Notes under the pieces: model-generated
What the model saw: the letters and a program-made list of their open reading frames with translations, nothing else
Databases searched by the model: none
Told to the model about the DNA's origin: nothing
Shown: piece by piece, positions 13,238-26,979 of the stretch
How the letters are laid out: every line of letters begins with the position of its first letter
Position numbering within the stretch: position 1 is the first letter of the stretch
Made by a program: the position numbers and the translations under genes
Assembly: GCA_036172245.1 (NCBI GenBank)
Contig: JAYWIR010000005.1
Span: 6,014,001-6,078,000 of the forward strand
DNA: 64,000 nucleotides
Origin: Raillietiella orientalis
Lineage: Eukaryota
Reading direction: 5' to 3'

Positions 13238-16200
13238 TCTAAGAGGGCAGAAAATGTACCTGCTACTCGTGTCGAGACAAGATTACTAGTTTCAATACAT
13301 TTGGATCCGCTTTGCTAGAAAAACATCCTTTTAGTTTGAACGTGACTTTGATCCCAGACTTCCGCGCTAACCAATGCCGTCGGATTTCACAGTTGCAAAA
13401 ACCGTATACGAATTTTACAGCCCCTTACGTGAACATTCGCATGTGAACCGTGAGCACTGCATGTCCCACAGGAAAGTTCGTGACCGTGTTCAACCGTTGC
13501 CATCACGACGCCCCAAATCTTAGCGAGAAAGCACGAGGCTGAAAACACTTGAATTTTGCTTTGGCCAGCAAGCAGTTTCCGCGTTCCACTCTCAAAAGGT
13601 AATTTTAACGTGAAAGGATCACAAACAACTTCTGCGCGTGCTTAGTTCGCTCCATTTGTTCCAATTCTCAACATCGAATTTGCCGTTTGGACCGATGCGT
13701 TTGCCAACCCTGTCGAAAGAGAATCGCGTGAGAATAGCATTGCCGAAGTTACGTGGGTAACTTTATTGATCCACATTCCGGGCTCCTAAACACGTGGTCC
13801 ATAACTTTCACTCCCCAGATGTACTTCGCGAAACTGAGAGTGAAGTGGAAGTGCCCTGGATGAAGGATTCTGCGTTATTTTTGCTGCAGCAGTCAGGCAT
13901 GCCAAAACGAAACGAAACGCACTAAAAAGGTGCAACGCAGAAGGCACATCGGTGCCTTTTACACCTCGAACTGCCGGGTGCACCAATTGATACACTTTGA
14001 TACGCAGCTCGAAGATAGTGGGAAGCAGTTTCCTTAAACAAAAAAAAACGTTTCAACTGCTTTCTGAGAAAAGATTCCTGGTTACGAAGAAATACTTAAC
14101 CTAAACCCGAACCACCGTCAAAGGAAGAAAAAAAAAACTTTTTTTTTTTTTTCCACGGGAATCCGGCACTTTGAGTTTAGGAAGCATCTTCAAGTTTCAT
14201 CGGATCTCTGTGGTTGTAATTCGGACGATCGACGGGGAAAAGAAAAATCTGAATTGGTGTTTTTCACGAATTAAATCGCCCCGTCGCTTACAATGCGAAT
14301 GCAGCTTCAATGGTCCATCTGTTTGTAAAGCACCTCTTTGCTTTAGGTGCCGAGAATCAAAGCAGTTATCCAAAGAACGATCTTTCTCGGTAAGTCATCG
14401 CCCAGCTCAACAAGTGAAATAATCCATTTGAACGAAATATTTTTCGAGAAAGTAATTTCCCAAAAGTCTTTGTTTAGAAGCTGCAGCTCACACCCTTCAG
14501 GGAAAAACTACCATTCTGAACTCCTGAATGCTTTGCCCAGCTATGCATGTCCTGCCAAGGAATAGATGAACAACAAAAACTGTCCCAAGGTCATCCACGT
14601 GCCCTTCCGCAGAAGATGCAATACCTCTTGTCAGATTACAGAAGTAGAAATTCATAGATCATGATTGCGTACATTAAAGATCCGCCTCAAGTGCTCCCAA
14701 AACACCATGTCTTCGAATAGAATAACACGGAATTGAGCTCAGCTGAAAGTTTAAATCATCCCAACAGCTTTCCTATCATGTAGCCCAGCCTCAAGTCGTA
14801 AGGTCATGATCTGTGACTTTCTGACATGATCATACCCATCCCCTCTGCAAGTGTTACGGTGTCCTTGGTTCCTGCAGTTACCAACTTCGCCTTCGACTCA
14901 CTGTTAATACATTTTAGTGTACTGCAAAAATCAAGGCTGTTATATCTACTTTTTCCTCAATATCCTTTGCAATGGTTCAGCATCAAGACTTGATGACTTT
15001 CTTTACTTTTTTTTATGTGCACGCCAAAAAGCAGGAAATGCAAATCGTCCTTCCTAGTACGAATTCAATCCGTCGTGCTTACCGTGGACACTAACCAAAA
15101 ACCACTTCACCCCCCTCGGCAGTTTCTCTTTGGGGTGTTTTTTTTTTTTTTTCTTTTCTAAAGAAAAGAACACTCGCGTAACATTTCAGCCGGGCAATTT
15201 TTCGTATATGAGTTACAAATGGAAAAGGCACAATGAAAATTGCACTTTTCTTGGAAGCAAGTGAATTTTCTCATAGACGTATTTCGGGCTTGATGTGCTC
15301 ATTTCAGCTTTGTCTGCAGATCTCGAGCCTTTTGTTTCATCCCGTTGGACCAACTCTCAATCCCTGAATTTTCCTTTCGTTCCGCTTATAATGAGAAACA
15401 ATTTACTGAACTGATCACTGAGACCCACAGTCAAACGAATGAGGTTCTCACAGTGTGAACCACAAAATGACCTTGAAATTCAAAGAGAGAGAGAGAAACA
15501 TCGTGAAGCAGAGAAACATCGATTGTACACAAACCCAAGAGTTCCATCGTGGAAACCCAGGCAACAGTTGGGCGGACTTCCGCACAGCAGTCGTGTACAA
15601 CACTAAAAGAAACACCTCCCAGGGAGAATATGGAACATGTAACGCATGACAAGCGTTTATAAAGAAATGGAAACGAGATTCCAGTACCATTGTGATTCTC
15701 GAGACGTTTCGCGAAGGTCCCACGGGAATGAGACGAAGAACCAGAAGTCTGAGAAAACACCCGTGCATATGAGCGATGCAATTTTTTGGCATGTCCTGCT
15801 CGTTCGTGAAATAGGCGGCATTGAATATGTAAAAGCCAAGTGCAAGCACCACATTTTTCGATAGGTTTAGAGGGGATGCCACTCGCTTAATGAGAACTCT
15901 GTTGAAGATGGATAAATTGCATTTGTTTGCAGATAAGAGCTGAGACTCGGGAAGTTCACTTCTCTCGAAAACCAGCAGCTTCGACACAAATCCGATTAAA
16001 CCATTTCGTGATGGCCGGAAACCAAGAGTGCCAGACAACGCGCGCAAGACCTCAGCTTCCAGTGAACCAAACGGGTGCTGAAAGAGACGTGGCGCAAGGA
16101 ATTATGAAATGCTTTGATAGATGGTTACATGAAGCAATTAGAGGGTTGTGATACAAATAAAATGACCCGAGAAATAGTGAAATGCGTCATTTAAAACGAA

Positions 16201-17199
16201 ACAATCATCGACACTGCATTGTGAAATCCCATGGTAAGCAGGGAATATACATCAGGGATTTTAGAGGAATTTGTAAACAGAAAAAAGAAAGGAAGAATCA
16301 CCGACACGACTACGACAACAAATGAGAAGGGCGTGATTTCTCTCTATCCGAGTCATGCAGCGACTCCACAGTTCGAGAATACTTGAGGTCCACTTGCACT
16401 GACGAACTTCCGCAAACGGGAAGCGAACAAAGCTGCGCCGAGATGCTGACATTTCTGGACCAACAAATAGAGAATCGTCTCAGAGCGCAGGGAATACAAC
16501 AGCTTGCAACGGGGAAGCGGGCGGCGAGTTAAAAAAAAAAAAAAAAAAAAAGAAAAAAAATTCTTCCCATCTTGGATATCAGTGAGTAAACATGACTAGT
16601 CAGACTGTTCCAATTCCCCCCTTCTGTAGGGCTAAAAGCGGAATGGGGAACGAGAAAAAAAAAAAAAATACAAGCTCGCTGGTGGCGCAAAATTTGCGGA
16701 GGATCGAACAAAGCGCACAGAGAACTGGATGCAAAAGATCGAATCCAACCCGCCTCATACGTCGCCGTCTATCTGCGAAGAAATACCCGGCTACATGGCA
16801 AGGAAATTCTTCAAGGGAAAACACCACGAAGGAAGGAACGTTCAAACAGATCGACTGTTTTGACTGTCTGGTAACTTGACTGAGGCTTTCGGCTGCTGCA
16901 GTGGGATGAAAAACATCAAAGCAAAAGAGTGAAATTCCAAAAGTAACATTATGTGAATCTTCCCCCCGTATCTCCCCCCCCCCCCCTCTATCTCTCTCTC
17001 CTTTTCGAAGCTTTGATTCGATAAGGAAAGAAGAAAAAAAAAACTTCCGAAAACGATTCCAAACTTTTGCATTTCGTAAACCCAAGCAGCCCGACATCCG
17101 TATTGATCCAGGAAGAAAGACGCTCCATGACGCATGAGGACAGCACATGGGAGAAGTACCGAACCCTCGGCAGAAGAAAAAGAACAAAGAAAAGAAAGA

Positions 17200-17540
17200 A
17201 ATCAGCATTCGGTTCTTTCAGCATCCAAAGCACGTGGACACTTCCCGTACTGAATGAACGGGAAGTCTCCACACGCTTTGGATCGTTCTGTGGAATGGCC
17301 TCGTTTGAAAGCAAGAACTTTTTCGTTTCCTCAAAGCTTCCTTCCTGGTTCTTTTCCGAGAACGAGAATTCTGCTACCGTTACTGTGGAAACGATCACCA
17401 ACGGAATCATCCTGTTTCGGATGCGTCCCGCATCCGATTGCCCTGCTCGAAGGAAATCACTGGGCGCCATGCGCTTATGGCGCATTCTTAAGAACTGGTG
17501 GGTGTGGACTCATCACGCGCTTTCACGGAAAAGTACCACC
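17200..17540 (-). mobile_element. Decayed LINE RT thumb-region remnant
   Basis: LRAGQSDAGRIRNRMIPLVIVS...KKFLL resembles the L1/Tx1 LSxAGRxxL...IPxY...FLW region. Confidence 0.3.
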
Positions 17541-17989
17541 TAATCCCCGTGGGGCTTTCGAGCCACCCCTCTTCAGTCACTGCGCGAACGTCCTGCGGGT
17601 TCCCATAAACGCTCCCTGCGCGCAGTGGAGCATTTGATTTTCTTTGGAGGCGATTCGGGCGTAAGCTTACCTTCACAGGACGTGTGCCAGCCCGGAGAGG
17701 AATTTCCCAGCACGCCACACACACTCGAGCTCACGTGGAAACTCTCCAGACTTTCACTAGAGGAACACTGCCGACGTGCACCGCGCATGCGCAGACGCCG
17801 GTGTCGTGAGAAGAACCCGATAGAAAAAAAAAAAAAACTTTGATGCAGACGGCGCTAATAATATACGAAGAGGACGCAAATCGTTCGACCCAGAGCGTCC
17901 CACCTTAGATTTTAGAGGAACTGCATTTCTGAGATGCAGAGCTTGCAAACCTATCACCATGAATCTACGGAGGCGTGTAACTGCATCTG

Positions 17990-18350
17990 CACTGTTAAGC
18001 GAGGAAGCTGACGGAATTCCGGGCCCTGAGAAAGCATAAGGGCCTCAAATCCCCCCCCAGTTGGATGGCATTTTGTTAGCACTTTATCGTTCGTGCCCAT
18101 TCAGATGATGTCCCTTGATCGTTTTAGGAAAACGATATGAGCGAGAGCACCTGTCTGCTCACAGCACATAATGCTCCGTAATCCAACCCAGCTTGGCTCA
18201 TGAGGGACTCTCTCTTCTCCGTCGCGCAGGGTGTGAGTCTGATGTCTGCCAACAGTTGCTAGATAAAACAGTGAGATGAACAGCTAGATGGCAATTCGAA
18301 AAGTTAAGTTGTTGGAAAACATTTGTCCATCCCCGAGCTCTCTACAGCAT
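17990..18350 (+). mobile_element. Decayed LINE RT N-terminal remnant
   Basis: ALRKHKGLKSP(fs)QLDGILLALYR resembles AL....KSPGxDGxxxEFY. Confidence 0.4.
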
Positions 18351-19799
18351 GCGGCTATCAACTTAGAAAGAATAGAGTTTAGGCTTTTAGTTGTACATCA
18401 GTAGAGGAGAAAGGTATAAAAACAAGAATCCAGGGAAAAGGAAGATAAGCAAGGAGCTCTCTCACAGCCGTACAAACGACAGCAGTGGAGGAAAAGTCTC
18501 TGCGCACTACCGGGTAAACCATCTACGAAGAACGCTAGCGGCGGTGATCCAAAACACGCACTGAATCGGCAACTCACTGTTGAAGTGTCACTGAAGCCCA
18601 GAGGAGATTTTAAACATTCCGGGGATTCGGATGTTTGTTTGTTTTTAAATGCAGCGAACGGATTTTCGGAAAAACATCGGAAAACTCCAAAGACCTGAGC
18701 TCTTGCTGACAGTCACCAGTCTCCGCGTTGACTCTCAAATAGATTTTTTTTTTTTTTCCCCTCCCTCGAACACACCTTCTCGGCAGATGTGATGTGGATG
18801 TGGAGACCGCCCTGAATTTGGCAGTCCCAAAGCTGGTTGGCAACTCTACCCGACACGGCACGTTTCTTGTCCGGTGGATTCTTTTCCGAACGAAGAGGGA
18901 AACACGGGAAGAGTCCAACCCGTCTGCAATACTCGCGGCTCTTCCTGTCTTTCGGTAAGCAATCTGCAGAGCAGTCGCTGTCACAGGTTTTCTTAGAAAC
19001 ATCAGATAAAAGAGATCTAAATGGATAAACAAAGATAGATGCGTGATGCAAATATTTATTTAGCCATTTGTTTGCTTTTGCTTCCACGTTTTCCTGCTCC
19101 CTTAGCTCGTCATTGGGCATCATACTTTTGGAGTTCCGATGATTGCTGCACGATTTGTATTTCCATGATGCACGCGTAATCCACGCTGCATCTAATCAAC
19201 GCCTCTCCCGCGTGGATTCCCGTTCTCGACCTGTGGCAGCATGCAAAAAGTTTTGTGAAACTCTGGGATCTCGGACAAAAGGCTGTGCCCACGATGGCGA
19301 CATCTAGTTAGGAATCAAGGAGTTTTCTTTAAACCCTTTCTTGGGGTTCTCTCCAGTAGACATTTTAACCAAGGAAATGGGAAATCGCATTAGGGGCCTT
19401 GACACTTTCGTCTGGCATGAGGATGAGGAACTGAACGCACATCCTAAACTGCTGGTCATTTATGTTTTCTTCGAGACATCCTGAATACCTGAGGCTGCTT
19501 AGCTTTACCGGGAGGCTACCAAATGTCATGGGAGTTCGGTTGAAGATTACTCATGGCTTTCACACCCGATACGGGATAATGACGCACTTCTATCTTATTT
19601 GGTCAACCATAAAGCAGACTTCCGACACAGTTGGACAGGAGCCGGGAAAACTAAGCCATTTGAGGAGGAAAAAAAAAACGGCTTTGTGAGCTTGGTAGAC
19701 GCCGCTCGGCTGCGGAGACATCTAGTGCAGTATAACTGCACTAAAAGAGACAAAGTCCGGATTCTTCACCGAAAGGGCTGCTGATCTGTAGAGCATCAT

Positions 19800-21560
19800 A
19801 TGGAATAGGCAGAGAAATAGGAAACATTGGTCAGCATTTCTGGTGGACATGCCATGAAGCAGTGCACGTGAATGTCACTGTAGTTGTTTGCGCATGACAC
19901 CAATCATGCGCGTGAAACTGCATACCTAGTAGATGATTACCCGATAATCGGGGGGGGGGGGACTTCTCAGACCCAGAGGTCACACATGAAATGTGCATTT
20001 TTTTTGTTCCTTCATTTGTCTGTCTTCTATGAGACTCACTCTCGCAGCGTTTGAAGGCTACCAACGAAATTGACTGGAACTCTGGATGAGAGAAAGAACG
20101 AGAAGTGGACGCACAGTAAGCATGGAGCTCATTTGTCCCCAATTCCTCCCTACAAAGGCATCTGTTTTGCCGACAGGTAATCTGTTTTCTTCAGTGTTTT
20201 TCCGCCTGCAAGATACTGGTCAAAGTTCGAGATCCAAGAGCAGGCGCTGACCGAGGAGACGAGAAACCTCCAACATGCGGTGCAAAGGGCGAGAGATGCC
20301 CAGAAAAGGAAACTCCTCATCTAAGCACTACGTGTTGAAGATCTCAAAAGTCTCTAGAAAGCAGAAGACTTCGGCATCTGAGGGAACGAAATCTTCTTTG
20401 ATACTACAGCACATCACTACTGCATCCAACAGGTCTTGGCTTTCTTCAGAAAGGGCTAGTTGCCAAGAAGTGGAGCATAACTCTTCAGGGAGGGATGCCA
20501 ATGATGATGGGTTTGAGCCTAGGAAAGACTCGCTCGAGCGGCCCAAGAGTCATCAAATTAGAGGTACCTTCTACTTTGTGGCTGTTGATGTCGCCGTTAA
20601 CGATGGCGTCTCACTGCTGCATCTCCTTCCAACTCCCTGACGGGCAGGAGCGAACCTGCTTTGCCGAGGGAATCCTGATGCATCACAGACACCTCAGTCA
20701 AAGGAGATGAGTGCAAGAAGTGCCTTCATCCAAGGCAGAAATAGAGTGATTCAGGCCAGGAAAGTAATCTGACCAAAACTTGCAGGATGCTGTCCCGTGT
20801 GAAGCAGCCCCTAGAATGAGTGCTCTAATGGTGAAAGGCACGTTAACAGAAAAGCGTCATTCCTGCCTGAGGCAAGATGACCCGGATGTAGGCTCAACGG
20901 AGAAGCTTTTGGGACTTCATCGGGATGCTGAGTCTTCCCCAAATTTGCAGGGAGCGATCAAGAAGTTCACCGGTTCTTTCGCAAGAACCTCGGCTCTGAC
21001 TCTGTCGGGAGATCTGATTGGCAGGCGGCGGCAACGATCCTACGCACTCTCCGATCTCTATCCAGGGATGCTCGATTGAGAAGCATTCGCTCCGGTACTG
21101 CCCCCCGGGTTTGTGTGGAGCCTCCTCGCGTGATCTTCCGCTGTTGCCGATCAACGCCAGTGCGCGTTTGCCAGGCAGAAGATTGGATGACCCTGGTAGC
21201 CCCGACACGACAGAAGAGAGGAGCTCGGCTCTTAGTGTAGCTTCCAAGAGCGGAGGCGGAGAGCGTTTCCAGGTCTGCATGCCGTCACCATAGGGAAGGT
21301 CGCTTCCGTGGTCATTTCCAGCTCGCGCGCTGATCGTGCGCCGTTCGTCGGAAAACGAAAAAAGGGAAAGCCTGAGGGCTTCTTGGTTACAACGGGTGGT
21401 TTTCTAGCCCATTCGCGCTGCTCCTTTATCTTCATGGGTGTAAGCAGGGTACGGAGGTTTATTTGGTGGACGTCTGTCCACAATGAACCCGGGGTAGGAA
21501 TGGTTTCTGAACTGACAAAGGCGGAAATCGAGTTCGTAAGTGTCCGAGGAAAACCTGACA
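19800..21560 (-). mobile_element. Decayed LINE ORF2 fragments
   Basis: Linker-like LALSEESQDLLDAVV. Segment 21389-21510 is an inverted homolog of 23026-23147. Confidence 0.35.
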
Positions 21561-23250
21561 TTCAACTCTCTTCGCAACCACCGATTCACCACCAAAGGCA
21601 CGAGAACAAACAGAAGCAGCGTCCCCATGGAGGAAGGGGACTCCACTGGACTTCCAGTTGACTCACGAAATGCGGCGTTACTGAATTCCTTTGGAGGGTT
21701 TCCCTCCTTTCGTTCTAGCTTCCGCTCCCGAAAGCTCCCGTGAAAGTGCCGTGGTTCAGCATCGCAGCAGTCAAGTGTAGTGGTCAGGAGGCGCGCTTCC
21801 GAAGAGTGAAGCATCCCAGCCTTCGACTGAGGCAAACAGAAACTGATTCGGCACTATTCGGGACTCTCCCTTCCAGTTCCCTTGCATTCTGGATGATGTG
21901 ATTGGCTCTCATGACGGGGAGGCAGTTAAAGTGCTGCACTCTGTGTCCCGGGTCGCGTCTGCATCATCTGTCCCGGGATGCTCCCAGTCTTCCTCGAAGG
22001 ATGGTCCAGCTGCTAGCAGATACACCGCGTTGCGACAGGTGCCCCCTTTGACCACCGCGACAACCTTCAAGAGGCTCGGGCGGCAGCGTCTCGGAGCAGC
22101 GACGACGACCCGGCAAAGTCCGCCCGGAGCTGCTTGCACTCCTGCTGGCGTTCTTACCGGCACCGCCCACAGTGCGACGTGCTCTGGCGTGACATGCCCG
22201 GGATCAACGACTCCTTCCCGCAGACGGCGCTGCTCACGACTGGGCTTCCGGTATCCTCCGAACTTCGAAAGGATCAGCAGCCGTCGGCATCAGCACCAGC
22301 ATCCTCAGCGGCTGTACGAGCACCAGCAGGAGCAGGACCAGCGACACGGCCAAGATCGGGACTCTCAGTGGCAGAAGGAGCATCTGCAGGGCCGGCGATG
22401 AGAACCTCACAGGCTGCCGTGCCGCCAGTGGGGCCACCAGCATCGGAAGCATCGCCTCTGGAGCCAAGAACATCAGAGGTGGTACTATCAACAGGGTCAG
22501 CAGGAACAGAGTTGACAGAAGTATCGGCCATTCTGCGCCGCGTTCGTGACTGGTCTCTGCTCCAAGAGATCCCATGAAGGAGGCAGCTGGATTCCCTTCT
22601 GCCTCCACCTACATCAGGAGTGTTTTTCTCAACTTTCTACCACTTCGGGAAGGGAGCGGCAGCCGGGAAGCGAAGGTCACAGCCGGCAGCAGTAGGGAGG
22701 TTGACTCTGTCCAGGGAAAGCACACGTGTGTTACAAGAGAACGGAAAATTCTAGCACTCTTGCCGCACGAAAGAGCGTCACGAATGGTGGCGAATTGCAG
22801 TCACCACCCCTCCCTACCAAGAAAAAGGAATTCCCGTATTGCGACCAGATCCGCTTCACCCGGGAAGACAAGGCCGACTCTCCGCACGAGGACGCAGGCG
22901 TGGAGGCGTGTCCGCTGGGAGTGTCCTGAGCTCGCCTGAGGCTGCTCAGCACTTGACGACAGGACTGAAAGGCACGCGTGCAGATTTCCACTGCACGCAT
23001 CAGCGGTGCCCAGACCCTTCCCGTTCTGAATCCACCCCTACCCCGGGGTCATTATGGAATCGCGCCCATCAAGGAAACCTCCGTACCCTGCTCACACCCA
23101 CGAAGATAAGAGGAACAGCGCAGATGGGCTGGAAGAACACTCGTTGCATCTCACGCCAAACGCTGCAGCAGAGCTGCAGCTCGCGAAACTTTGACGCCCT
23201 GGCAGCGGCTTCTTACGGCACCAGAGGGACGCCAAATGCTCTCTTAGGGG

Positions 23251-25123
23251 GAGAGTCGAAGAACTGAGCCTGCGTTGGTGGCCACGTGGCACCAAGAGTT
23301 ACGGGTTCGAACCCCCAGGTGGAGGATCGACGCTGAGAAATGAGTGGGTCGTAAGTTTCGAGTTCCCCCCGCAAGATGACGCCAGTTGGCATATGCGGGT
23401 GCGGCACTAGAGGAAGTTGAAGATGCCCCCGTGGACTGAGCGGGACTGATCCTACGGGGTCCTTTTAGGAATCTAGGAGCCCTTTGGAGTTCCCCCCCGG
23501 TTGTGAAAATGTAACCTCCCTTCATTGCGTTCCACGGAGCTGGTTGATATCCCTTCAGGGAACTGTGGGGGTGCGTCTACAGAGTGTTACAGCAGTGCGC
23601 TGCTCCCTTCGGGGATTTTCCTTTAGAGAAATTTGGAAGCGTCCCCTCGAGGTTCTCTTCAGAGGAGGAAACGAGGAACAGATTTTTTCTGGGGGGGGCC
23701 TCCGGAGAAGAAATGAGGAACGCCCCCCTCAAGGAGACCCTTCCAGAGAGAATGAGGAAGGGATGCTCTTTGGGGTTTCCTCTCAAAGCGCAGGAGAAAC
23801 GGATTACCTTCTCCAGAACCTTCCTGGATTCAAAGGTTGGGCCTACGGGGTTACCCCCTACAACTTGAAGAACTACACTTCTCCCTCGGTTGGTGCGGAC
23901 AGTGCTGAAGAGCTTCGCAAGTCACCTCTGAGGAGGCAACCCGGGATTCGAAACGGGAAGGCGGGTACACTCGGTGCTGCCGGACCACCCCGGGATCAGG
24001 ACGTGATTTTCCTCCTCCGGAAGAGTGCTCACGATTCTTCTGTCCTGGCACGCCCGACTTGGTGGCTCACCCAGGCGAACTCCCTCGTTCAGGTCCACCA
24101 TGGCAGCGCTACGAGAAGAATTTCCCGAGGACATCCGTCGTGGAAAGGGATGTGTGGGCGGAAGGGGTCAAGTCGACAGTCAGACCCGACAACGCTGATG
24201 GTCCATCATCAGAGCCTCACTGCATAAGATCTCCTTCGGTGCACCGTCGGCTGCAGGGGACCAGCATCCCTCGTCTCCCCGAGACCACAGCAGGTTAAAG
24301 ACCGGGAGTCCCCTTGAAAAACTCGTAAGCTGAGGAGCGGATGGACCATGGGGCAGCTGGCGGATTCTGCGAGTCCAAGTGCCCTTCCATGAGGACTCAG
24401 CACTGGAGCGAGCTGCTCGGTATTCCATAGAAATACCTGGAGTGGCCCCCAGAGCTCAAGAACAGCAGCGCCGTCTCCCTGAAGTGGCAGGAGTCATCAT
24501 TTCTGCTGTTGCACTGGGGTCTTCCCTGCAAAGCGCACCGATACCACTGGACGCTGGGGAGAGCGAGCCCGGAATGTCGCATGTGAGGGAAACGGGAATC
24601 TCTCCCGCACCTGCTTGTGGGCTGATGCCCTCCGGCCCCTATGAGAACGTTTCAAAACCACCTCCGGATCCCGGTTGGCACCCCCAGGGACGTTTTAGGG
24701 CTCCCTCTCATGCGAAAAGCTCTACAGCCAGCCGCAGCCCCAGCAGCGCTTTCCTGCATCCGCTGGATCGTGGCGGTCTGCAGAGAAGCCGACGGAAGAA
24801 GAAACGGGAGGGACGCTGTCCGGTTCACAGTTCACTTTCTGCGGATGGAGGCCAAATGACCCCACCTGGGACCTGTTCGGACGGACCTAAGATGCAGACT
24901 TCCTCCAGCGGATAGTGGTCCCTTCCCGACCTTCCCAGAGATTTTTATTCACTCTTTCTTGTTTTCTTCCATCCCTTTCCGCTACCGAGGGGAGCCCTGC
25001 CGGTCTGTGTACCGGCAACCCGGCAGGTCCGTGGACAAATGGAGTGTGGTAGAACCACGTGTCCGACCACAATTTGTGAGTTTCTTTTAAATTTTAAGAA
25101 TTTCCCCGGTGTCCGGATGGAAA
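23251..25123 (+). mobile_element. Internally deleted non-LTR element: tRNA-like head, ORF1-like region and LINE 3' end
   Basis: B-box GGTTCGAACCC at 23304-23314, with head homology to 63613-63790. 24410-24900 is homologous to 30640-31130 (LLHWGLPC motif). Terminal CCGG-TGT-CCGG hairpin at ~25104-25117. Confidence 0.55.
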
Positions 25124-26149
25124 TCGAAAAACTCGGCCTCTCTCCCGAGGGAGTCCCCACGGACAATCTACCGGACGCTGGACTGCAGCGCGTGGAGAGG
25201 GGATGCTGCGATAGGATGCTCAGGTATGGCTTAGAACCGCGCCTCCACCACGTCCAACGTCTTGGAACGGTGCCCCTGCTGGAGGCACAGCTGGATCCAA
25301 AGTGTCCACGCGCCGCAAACACCGTAACCAAAGAGCCGCCTCCCTATGGGCGAGCAACGAAGGTAGCCAACCAGCCAGGTGGGAGGCGTCTTGCCACTTA
25401 GCAGGAGTCAGCGAACCCACGACCAGCTGGAGGGTCCGGTAACTTTCAGCCTCCTCAGGCACTCGGCGTTCGCTCCCAGGGACCGCGCCGATGGACAGAC
25501 AGTCTGGACATCCCCCCTGGACGAACTGGCGGACTCCGCCCGCCTCCCCAGGACAGTTCGATGCCTCCTCTCCGGTGGCAGCAGGAGGCAGGAATCGTCC
25601 TGCACTATGGTTTCCCGTGCAACCAGCGCCGGCGCCTTAGAGCCCACGACCACGACAGGAAAAAAATGAGTTGAAAAAGCGTGCGGCTGCTCTCTCTGGG
25701 AGCGGCAGTTCTCCGTCGCTACAGGGATGCAGACAGGCTATGACGTCATCAGCTGAACGGACCGCACCTCCCACGGGGAGAACGAACCCATCGGCCAAAT
25801 GGGAACACGCATATTTATTGAAAAAATTCGTAATGTGTATTAACATACATTACTAAAGATTATAAAAAATCGGTACAATAATGTACATTTATGTATATAA
25901 TAAATATATATTGAAAGAATACACGAATATCTAGAAACATACGTACCTGTCCATGGATCAAAATCCCGAAAACAGAATTCGCCGTTTCCTGGGAAAGGCG
26001 TTTTCGATTGTTGAAAATGGCGGAAGCATCAAATACAAAAGGAACTCCCTCTTTGCTCCCCTAAATTATTTGGCTTCTTTGTTTTTTTCCGCTGTTTTAA
26101 TTGCCACCATTGTTTTTTATTTCTTCATGATCCCATATTTATAAATTCA

Positions 26150-26502
26150 TTTAATAGATATTTACCATATATATAAATTATGTAATAAACACATATGTTT
26201 ATTTTTATAACCTTTAATAAACATAGTGTTAATTATGTCAATAACATGCAAGTCAATGAATTTCAATCAATGTATATGTTAAAATAGTATTAATATTAAC
26301 ATCTATGTTCACAAATAGTAGTAAATACATATGTTAAAATACATTTGTATATATATGTATACAATAAGCACATGTATTTATTTTATTGTATGTATATACA
26401 TATACACACAATAGTAAATACATATGTTGAAATACATTTGTGTATATATATAGATATATATGTGTGTATGTATATATGTGTACATATATACGTGTATACA
26501 CA
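26150..26502. repeat. AT-rich TA/TACA minisatellite-like tract
   Basis: Imperfect repeats such as tagtaaatacatatgtt(a/g)aaatacatttgt at ~26318 and ~26413, plus (TA/TG)n runs. A related unit recurs at ~27145-27217. Confidence 0.7.
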
Positions 26503-26596
26503 AATGACTGTTTTTCCTCTTACTAGTTGGCTTTTGTTTTTTTTATCAATAATTTCTTTTAACCTACTCAATACGATCTCGCATAGTGCCCGGGTC

Positions 26597-26695
26597 GATC
26601 TTGAAATTACCTTAGAAGACGCATTTAAGGGAATACAAACGCCTATACATTACGTCACAAATGTAAAATGTGACACGTGTCGAGGTACAGGCAGT
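26597..26695 (+). pseudogene. dnaJ: Bacterial dnaJ fragment (Wolbachia-like), 33 codons
   Basis: Translates to [33 protein letters not shown], the segment before and including the first CxxCxGxG zinc-finger repeat. As recalled, this is near-identical to Wolbachia DnaJ. No further dnaJ sequence on either side. Confidence 0.88.
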
Positions 26696-26848
26696 CGTAA
26701 CTGCCTTTTTTCCTTGAATTCCTGCTCAAATTCTACAACCCTGTTATCTGCTGACAAGAACCAGCCTCCTTATTAAAAGTACAGAGATTGCCACTGTGGA
26801 CCCCACCTACTCTAGTACAAGTGCTTTCGCTCGTTTTCATTTTTACCT

Positions 26849-26915
26849 TATGCTATTGGTGTAGCAAAAGCTTGTACAACAAGAGTGGTCAATGGTCCAT
26901 TCCCTAGAGCTAAAA
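26849..26915 (+). pseudogene. purA: Bacterial adenylosuccinate synthetase fragment
   Basis: Translates to YAIGVAKACTTRVVNGPFP, then (after a 2-nt loss) E-L-K. This matches the PurA signature G(I/V)xKAYTTRVGxGPFPTE with two substitutions. Confidence 0.8.
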
Positions 26916-26979
26916 TACTATTACATGTTGACAATAAAGTTAAGTGAGCTTGATCAAGAAGGATGACAAAGATTACCAT

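Noticed and set aside
15448..16047. 199-aa minus-strand ORF
   Set aside because: No recognisable domain or splice structure, and no ATG start.
25960..26040. LLYLMLPPFSTIENAF on the minus strand, resembling the IS630/Tc1 motif LPPYSPxLNPIE
   Set aside because: Too short and gapped to support a call.
26345..26776. 143-aa ORF containing the DnaJ-like peptide
   Set aside because: A chance read-through of TA repeats and unrelated tiles. Only 33 codons are DnaJ-like and there is no J-domain.
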